In this document: positions 58,432 to 64,000 of the stretch, piece after piece | Layout: each line of letters opens with the position of its first letter | Position numbering within the stretch: position 1 is the stretch's first letter | From: Salinibacterium sp. | GTDB taxonomy: Bacteria > Actinomycetota > Actinomycetes > Actinomycetales > Microbacteriaceae | Direction of reading: 5' to 3' | Length of the DNA: 64,000 nt | Assembly: GCA_043721995.1 (NCBI GenBank) | Contig: JAYSPT010000100.1 | Span: forward strand, 6,592 to 70,591 | Translations under genes and position numbers: made by a program | Notes under the pieces: model-generated | Seen by the model: only the letters and a program-made list of their open reading frames with translations | Told to the model about the DNA's origin: nothing | The model's database searches: none

Positions 58432-59481
58432 CTAGTCGGTGGATTCGGGGGCTTTCGGTGCCTCAATCGCCCGGACCACTATTGCTGACCCTGGACCCAC
58501 AGTCGCCTGCGCCGATTCCTCCAACATTTTAGGCGCGCGTCGAATGATCCTGATGCTGGGCATGCTCGGCATCGCGAAATTTGTAAGGGGAATTCGTATC
58601 GCCCGCCGTTGAGAATCCTCGCGATGTTCGGGCTTCCTTTTCGGCTCGATGGTGGCGTTCTCCTTCTTCGCCGGAAGAGTTTTTGGAGCCTTTGCACGCT
58701 TCGCGGCCTCCGGGGCTCGCAATGTCTGTCGTGCTTTGGGTGCCTTGAGGATTTTGGGGGACTTCGGTTGCCTGATAACCGGCTCCAGCCACGACGGAAC
58801 CATCACAGGCGGAGGACCGAACGCCTCCCGTGACGACTTCACGATCTGACGCCCGAGCAAGTGGTTACCGCCGCCACCGATGACAGCACCGATCCCGAAC
58901 GGAATCAGCCGGCCAGCTGCGTTAGTGCCCTGTGCCACGGCAAACCTCTTTATAAAAGTTTTCTTCATCTGGTCCGCGATCGGACCAATTACAGTACGAG
59001 GCAGGCTCTTGGTGATCATTTCGCCCCAGAACGTGGTTCGGGCGGGCGCCCTGCCCGTGGCCTGGCCAGCGAGCTGTTTCACGAGGTCGGATCCGGCCGT
59101 CCCGAGCACCATCGCCATGACCAGCGCCCGTGCCCGGTCCGGGTCATCGACGACGATTCCGTGAACCTCGGTGACGGACTGGGCGAAGAGGGCGCTGGCC
59201 TCGAGAAAGCCTGCGGTTTCAAAGCCAGATAGTGCGAGCGATGCCCCGGTGCCGACCGCAGGGATGATCGAGGTTGCGCCGACCACAGCGCCGCCGGTCG
59301 TCACTGCCAGGAGGAAGCGCCGTTCCAGGATTCGAATCAGTTCCGCGGTGCCCGCAGTCGGATGACCCCGACGGATACTTCGGATGTGCGACAAAACGGC
59401 GGGCCGTTGCACGGTCAGGAGCCGGTCTATGCCGCGCGCGACGAACGGATTTGCCGCCGCAACGTCACTCGATTTGGACAT
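58432..59481 (-). CDS. Conserved hypothetical protein (EcsC-like) with Lys/Pro-rich tail
   Basis: Gly/Ala-rich helical hairpins (GGAVVGATSIIPAVG, PFGIGAVIGGGGN); basic low-complexity C-terminus; TACGGT-N6-ATG. Confidence 0.6.
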   Translation of the reverse strand: MSKSSDVAAANPFVARGIDRLLTVQRPAVLSHIRSIRRGHPTAGTAELIRILERRFLLAVTTGGAVVGATSIIPAVGTGASLALSGFETAGFLEASALFAQSVTEVHGIVVDDPDRARALVMAMVLGTAGSDLVKQLAGQATGRAPARTTFWGEMITKSLPRTVIGPIADQMKKTFIKRFAVAQGTNAAGRLIPFGIGAVIGGGGNHLLGRQIVKSSREAFGPPPVMVPSWLEPVIRQPKSPKILKAPKARQTLRAPEAAKRAKAPKTLPAKKENATIEPKRKPEHREDSQRRAIRIPLTNFAMPSMPSIRIIRRAPKMLEESAQATVGPGSAIVVRAIEAPKAPESTD

Positions 59482-59520
59482 ATCCCAACCGTACCCGCGA
59501 GGGAAGTATTCGCAGGGGGG

Positions 59521-60291
59521 CTAGATTTCGGTGCCGTAGTCCATGTTGTATCGGCTGAGCACGTCATCGATCGATGCATCGAGCACGAGCGCACCCTTAT
59601 CGAGGTAGAGCCCACGGGTGCAAAAACGGCGGAGGTCCCTCTCGCTGTGCGACACAAAGAACAGCGTGCGACCGCCCGCGAGCAACTCCTCGATACGGTG
59701 GTAGCACTTCTCGCGGAACACCCGGTCGCCGACCGCGAGCACCTCATCCACGAGGATGATCGGCTCCTCAAGCCGCGAGATTACGGCGAATGCGATCCGA
59801 ACGCGCATGCCACTGGAGAGATGCTTGTAGGGCGTGTCGAGAAAATCCCCGATCTCGGCAAAGTCGATTATCTCGTCAAACCGAGCTTGAATCTCCGACT
59901 TCGTCATGCCGTGCAGCCCGGCGGTGAGAAACACGTTGTCCCGCACCGTGAGGTCGTCCACAAAGCCGCCCGTAATTTCAATAAGCGGAGCGACGCCGCC
60001 AGCCACTCGAACCGCACCCTCATCCGGGAGCATCACTTCGGCCACGAGCTTGAGCAGGGTGGACTTGCCTTGTCCGTTGCGACCAACCACGCCGATTGCC
60101 TCACCGGCGCGCACCGAGAATGAGATATCGCGCAGCGCCCAGAACTCGTCGGAGTGCAGGCGGCGATTGCTTGGAGCAAAGAGATCTTTGATCTGGCGGT
60201 TGGTGCCACGATTTCGCCCGAACCGGATACCGACCTTGCTGACGGTGATCACGGTCGGGGCCCCGACGACAACGGTCGCCTCTGCGGTCAC
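59521..60291 (-). CDS. Wzt/TagH-like polysaccharide export ABC ATPase (no C-terminal CBM)
   Basis: FWALRDISF, GRNGQGKST, LSSGMRVRIAFA, DEVLAVGD. Confidence 0.93.
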   Translation of the reverse strand: MTAEATVVVGAPTVITVSKVGIRFGRNRGTNRQIKDLFAPSNRRLHSDEFWALRDISFSVRAGEAIGVVGRNGQGKSTLLKLVAEVMLPDEGAVRVAGGVAPLIEITGGFVDDLTVRDNVFLTAGLHGMTKSEIQARFDEIIDFAEIGDFLDTPYKHLSSGMRVRIAFAVISRLEEPIILVDEVLAVGDRVFREKCYHRIEELLAGGRTLFFVSHSERDLRRFCTRGLYLDKGALVLDASIDDVLSRYNMDYGTEI

Positions 60292-61112
60292 TAGATTTCC
60301 TTCAGAAGCGCGTGCTCGGTGCGCCGGAAGACCAGGACACCGACGACGAAGATGATGGCGGTCATCCCGGTGGCGACGATAATCGCATGCCAGTCCAACT
60401 GCGCTGGGAAGAACGCGGCTCGGTACATCGAGAAGATGCCCACCAGCGGATTGAATAGCGCCCAGAAATGCAGGTTGGCGGGCAAATCCGTGACGCCGTA
60501 AATGATCGGACTCGCGTAGAACAGGAAACGCAGCACGAGCTTGGTCGCGCGGTCAAGGTCTCTGAAGAACACCACAAGGGGCGCGACAATCAGGCCGACC
60601 CCAATCGTGAGCACGCCCTGAAGGGCGATTGCTGGCGCATACAACAGGATCTCCCAGTGCACCTGCGCCCCGGTGAATATAGCGAAGAGGGCCAGCACGG
60701 GAAGGCTGGCTATAAATTCGATGCCCTTGGAGAGCACGAGCATGACCACCCAGATCGTCCGCGGGATGCGTGTGGAGCGAATCAACTTTGCCTCGCGGAT
60801 GTACGCGCGCGTCGAATCCGAGACCGCCCCGTTGAACCACATCCACGGCAACAGCGCGCTCAGCAGGAAAACGATGTACGGCTCGTTGCCCACCGGACGA
60901 TGAAAAACCTGGGTGAACACGAACCAGTAGATCGACGCCATGACGAGCGGATCGAGAATTGACCAGATGTAGCCGAGGGCTGACGTGGAGTAGCGCACCC
61001 GAAGGTCGCGCATGGTGAGCAGCCAGAGCGAGCGCCGATACCGTGCACGGGGTGACCAGGTTGGCCTCACCAGCACGTTGTTGGTCACGGCCTCTATGGT
61101 ACGTGCGTTCAC
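60291..61112 (-). CDS. Wzm/TagG-like polysaccharide export ABC permease
   Basis: RDLRVRYSTSALGYIWSILDP, FYASPIIY, LFNPL. Confidence 0.92.
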   Translation of the reverse strand: MNARTIEAVTNNVLVRPTWSPRARYRRSLWLLTMRDLRVRYSTSALGYIWSILDPLVMASIYWFVFTQVFHRPVGNEPYIVFLLSALLPWMWFNGAVSDSTRAYIREAKLIRSTRIPRTIWVVMLVLSKGIEFIASLPVLALFAIFTGAQVHWEILLYAPAIALQGVLTIGVGLIVAPLVVFFRDLDRATKLVLRFLFYASPIIYGVTDLPANLHFWALFNPLVGIFSMYRAAFFPAQLDWHAIIVATGMTAIIFVVGVLVFRRTEHALLKEI

Positions 61113-61203
61113 ACCGGTAACGGTTCACGCGGCACGTCTTGGTCAGGCGCGGTCCTTCGCTGGGGTGACTGGGAGCATGCCGAGGGATTGCTAAGTTTGG
61201 ACT

Positions 61204-62577
61204 GTGGACACCCCCCAGGACCCGGCGTCGAAAAACAACGCGGATCGGCAGAAAGCGCAGCCCCGCAATGTTAATCGCAAACCGCCGCTCTCTGGAAAGC
61301 CGGCAACACGGCGCCCGGCTGCGGGAAAACCTGTCGTCAAGCCCGCCGTGCGCAAGCCAGTGGACATCACTGCGAAGGCCGAGCCTGCGATCGAGACCGA
61401 GACCGCCGAGGAAGTGCCGGACGCAGGGGCGTCAGAAGACATTTTCGGGAGCGATGACGGGGTAGACACCCGCTACACCGGGACCGAACCCGAACCCGAA
61501 GCAGAACCATCCGAGGCTCTTGTAGACCTCGCCCAGCCGATAGTTCCTCGACTGAGCGTGACGCGCCTGAGCCTGCCGAAGCTAAGCCTGCCGAAGTTCT
61601 CGCTGCTCCGAGCCGCAGCGCCCGCGGCGCAAGAAGTCGCTGACATGCAGTCGGAGGCGCCGGATATCGAAACTGCTAGTAATGAAAGGGCCCCGAGTAA
61701 TGCGGAAATTGTTGTTGGGCAAGCGCCCGAGCCCGAGGACCACGAAGTAACTAAGGTTGTCGCGCCCACCAAGGTCGTCGCGGAGCGCCGTCCGAAAAAG
61801 GTAGCCCACACCAACGCCGAGTCCGTGCTGACGGTATCTGGACTGACTAAACGTTTTGACCAGAAGGTAGCGGTCGATGGCATAAGTCTCGACGTGAAGG
61901 TCGGTGCGTTTTACGGAATTGTGGGTCCGAACGGCGCAGGCAAGACCACGACACTGTCCATGATCACCGGACTCCTGCGGCCGGATGCGGGGACAATTGC
62001 CGTGCACGGGGCTGACGTGTGGAGCGACCCGGTCGTCGCCAAGCGCAACATGGGGGTGCTGCCTGATCGCCTTCGCCTTTTCGATCGACTCACCGGCGCA
62101 CAGGTGCTGTACTACGCGGGCGTTCTCCGTGGCCTCGATGATTCCACTGTGCGCAAGCGCACGAAAGATCTCGTGACGGCGTTCAGTCTCGAGGATGCAC
62201 TCGGTCGCCTCGTCACGGACTACTCGGCCGGCATGATGAAAAAGATCGCTCTCGCGGCAGCGATGATCCACTCGCCCCGCCTACTTGTGCTCGACGAACC
62301 ATTTGAGTCGGTAGATCCCGTCTCCGCAGGCAACGTCACGGAAATTCTCAAGAGCTACGTCGCAAACGGTGGCACGGTTGTACTTTCCAGCCACAGCATG
62401 GATCTTGTGCAGCGCATCTGCGACCACGTCGCTGTCATCGTTGACGGAGTCATCCTCGCTGATGGCACGATGTCTGAAGTCCGCGGCGGGCGAAGCCTCG
62501 AGGATCGATTTGTGGAACTCGCGGGTGGCCGCCGAGCCGTGGAAGGACTCGAGTGGTTGCACAGTTTCTCCGACTGA
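61204..62577 (+). CDS. ABC-2 ATP-binding protein with ~200-aa disordered N-terminal extension
   Basis: GPNGAGKTT, YSAGMMKK, LDEPFESVDP, SSH; TAAGTT-N6-GTG supports the long start. Confidence 0.9.
   Translation: MDTPQDPASKNNADRQKAQPRNVNRKPPLSGKPATRRPAAGKPVVKPAVRKPVDITAKAEPAIETETAEEVPDAGASEDIFGSDDGVDTRYTGTEPEPEAEPSEALVDLAQPIVPRLSVTRLSLPKLSLPKFSLLRAAAPAAQEVADMQSEAPDIETASNERAPSNAEIVVGQAPEPEDHEVTKVVAPTKVVAERRPKKVAHTNAESVLTVSGLTKRFDQKVAVDGISLDVKVGAFYGIVGPNGAGKTTTLSMITGLLRPDAGTIAVHGADVWSDPVVAKRNMGVLPDRLRLFDRLTGAQVLYYAGVLRGLDDSTVRKRTKDLVTAFSLEDALGRLVTDYSAGMMKKIALAAAMIHSPRLLVLDEPFESVDPVSAGNVTEILKSYVANGGTVVLSSHSMDLVQRICDHVAVIVDGVILADGTMSEVRGGRSLEDRFVELAGGRRAVEGLEWLHSFSD
61567..61596 (+). repeat. Tandem 15-nt coding repeat (LSLPK x2)
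   Basis: CTGAGCCTGCCGAAG CTAAGCCTGCCGAAG. Confidence 0.8.
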
Positions 62578-64000
62578 AGCTGACACTGCTCGCCAACATC
62601 CTTCGGCGAAGCACCTGGCAGCTCATTGGAACGATTCTTGCGATTCTCTACGGGCTCGGCATCACCGTCTTCGTGACCGTCGCGCTCATCGGCCTCCGGA
62701 CGACAACCCCGGAAATCGCGCACACCATCACCGTCGTGTTCGGCAGTATCGTCGTGCTCGCCTTCCTGCTCCTACCGCTGGTGTTCGGGGTTGATGACAC
62801 GCTCGACCCACGCAAGTTCTCGCTCTACGGAATACCGACCGGGCGACTCGCGGTTGGGTTGGCGGTGGCGGCGGCGATTAGCGTTCCGACGGTGGTGGTC
62901 GCCATATTCTCGATCGCCCAGGTCGTCACCTGGACGCGAGGCATTGTGCCGGTGCTACTGGCGGTGATCGCGGCAATCGTGATCGTGCCGACCTGTATTC
63001 TGGCTGGCCGCGTGACGACCGCAATTGCGTCGTTCTTCCTCTCGTCGCGACGTGCTCGCGACGCGTCAGCAATCCTGCTTCTTCTTGCGCTCGCGGCAGC
63101 CGCGCCACTGGTCGCGATCTTCGCGGGCGTCGACTGGGGTGCGACCGGATTGCCGATTGTGCGCAGGATCGCCGCGGTGGTGGGATGGACCCCGCTTGGC
63201 GCCGCCTGGAGCGTTCCCGGTGATGCCGCAGTGGAAGATCTCCCTGCGGCCGCCGCGAAGCTGCTGATCGCGGTCGCGTTCCTCGCACTGCTGTGGTTCG
63301 CGTGGCGTGGTCTCGTGTCGATGATGCTCGTAACCCAGGCAACTGAGGCTGGTGCGAAGAAGTACACCGGGCTCGGCTGGTTCGAGCACTTCCCGACCAC
63401 CGCCACCGGCGTGGTCGCCGCCCGCAGCCTCACCTACTGGATTCGGGATGCTCGCTACCGGGTATCGCTCGTCGTCATCCCGATAGTGCCGATTGTCATG
63501 GTGGTGGCTCTCAACGTCGCGGGAGTACCCTGGCCGATCATCGCGTGGGTACCGGTGCCGGTAATGTGCCTATTTCTGGGTTGGTCTATCCACAACGACA
63601 TTGCGTACGACAGCACGGCGTTCTGGACACACGTGTCGTCGAACACCTCGGGACGGGCAGATCGGTGGGGACGCGTCATCCCCGCACTCATCTTCGGTCT
63701 CCCGCTAGTCATGGTCGGGAGCCTGGTTACGGTCGGTGTTGCGGACCAGTGGGTCGCGCTTCCCGGCTTGATCGGGCTTTCGGCAGGCGTGCTGGGCGTG
63801 GGTCTTGGCATCTCCAGCGTGATTTCCGCCGCGTTCCCGTATCCCGCAGTGCGACCGGGGGATAGTCCGTTTGCCCAACCACAAGCGGCCGGCACCGCCG
63901 GTTCTTTTATGCAGGCTGTCTCGTTCTTCCTCACCACAGGCTCAGCAATTCCCGTGGTCTTCTTCGTTTTCCTTGGCGACACAACGACCACCGGTTGGTA
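62553..64000 (+). CDS. ABC-2 type permease, truncated by the window end
   Basis: GTG start overlapping the ATPase end (VVAQFLRLKLTLLAN); many TM helices; LTYWIRDARY; no stop seen before 64000. Confidence 0.85.
   Translation, partial: MVAQFLRLKLTLLANILRRSTWQLIGTILAILYGLGITVFVTVALIGLRTTTPEIAHTITVVFGSIVVLAFLLLPLVFGVDDTLDPRKFSLYGIPTGRLAVGLAVAAAISVPTVVVAIFSIAQVVTWTRGIVPVLLAVIAAIVIVPTCILAGRVTTAIASFFLSSRRARDASAILLLLALAAAAPLVAIFAGVDWGATGLPIVRRIAAVVGWTPLGAAWSVPGDAAVEDLPAAAAKLLIAVAFLALLWFAWRGLVSMMLVTQATEAGAKKYTGLGWFEHFPTTATGVVAARSLTYWIRDARYRVSLVVIPIVPIVMVVALNVAGVPWPIIAWVPVPVMCLFLGWSIHNDIAYDSTAFWTHVSSNTSGRADRWGRVIPALIFGLPLVMVGSLVTVGVADQWVALPGLIGLSAGVLGVGLGISSVISAAFPYPAVRPGDSPFAQPQAAGTAGSFMQAVSFFLTTGSAIPVVFFVFLGDTTTTGW

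Noticed and set aside
1-64000. CRISPR array, IS elements, rRNA, riboswitches
   Set aside because: No regularly spaced repeats, transposases or recognisable Rfam motifs seen by eye; a cmscan run would be needed to exclude weak ncRNAs.

Overview
High-GC actinobacterial chromosome segment, most consistent with Microbacteriaceae (inferred from gene order and protein families, not searched). Positions 1-44.3 kb are mostly conserved core: dpp/opp ABC genes, typA, an IdeR/DtxR-boxed orphan FTR1 iron permease, mshB fused to a membrane domain, fdxA-dapC-gltA, dapD/dapE, tatB, mrp, DUF1003/MgtE-like (frameshifted), pepP, DEAD-box helicase, adnAB-nudC-uvrD2, YlbL/UPF0182 and tRNA-fMet. After the tRNA comes a patchwork of accessory genes: a hexapeptide-repeat protein, a translationally coupled GT4 / (alpha/alpha)6-like / GH130 operon, NH3-type nadE, a nitrilase-family amidase, an AhcY-like protein with altered catalytic residues behind a PLP aminotransferase, a lipoprotein + PKD-like secreted pair, HtrA, two GT2s, an XRE regulator, wzm/wzt and an ABC-2 transporter running off the end. 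I saw no CRISPR array, integrase or transposase. Best candidates for undescribed biology: the GT4-(alpha/alpha)6-GH130 operon, the AhcY-like enzyme (DNGGD, KQFAEN, HxExK), a cysteine-free AdnA that cannot bind the known Fe-S cluster, a LysR paired with a 36-aa membrane microprotein, and the lipoprotein/PKD pair. All family assignments come from motif recognition; no database searches were run.
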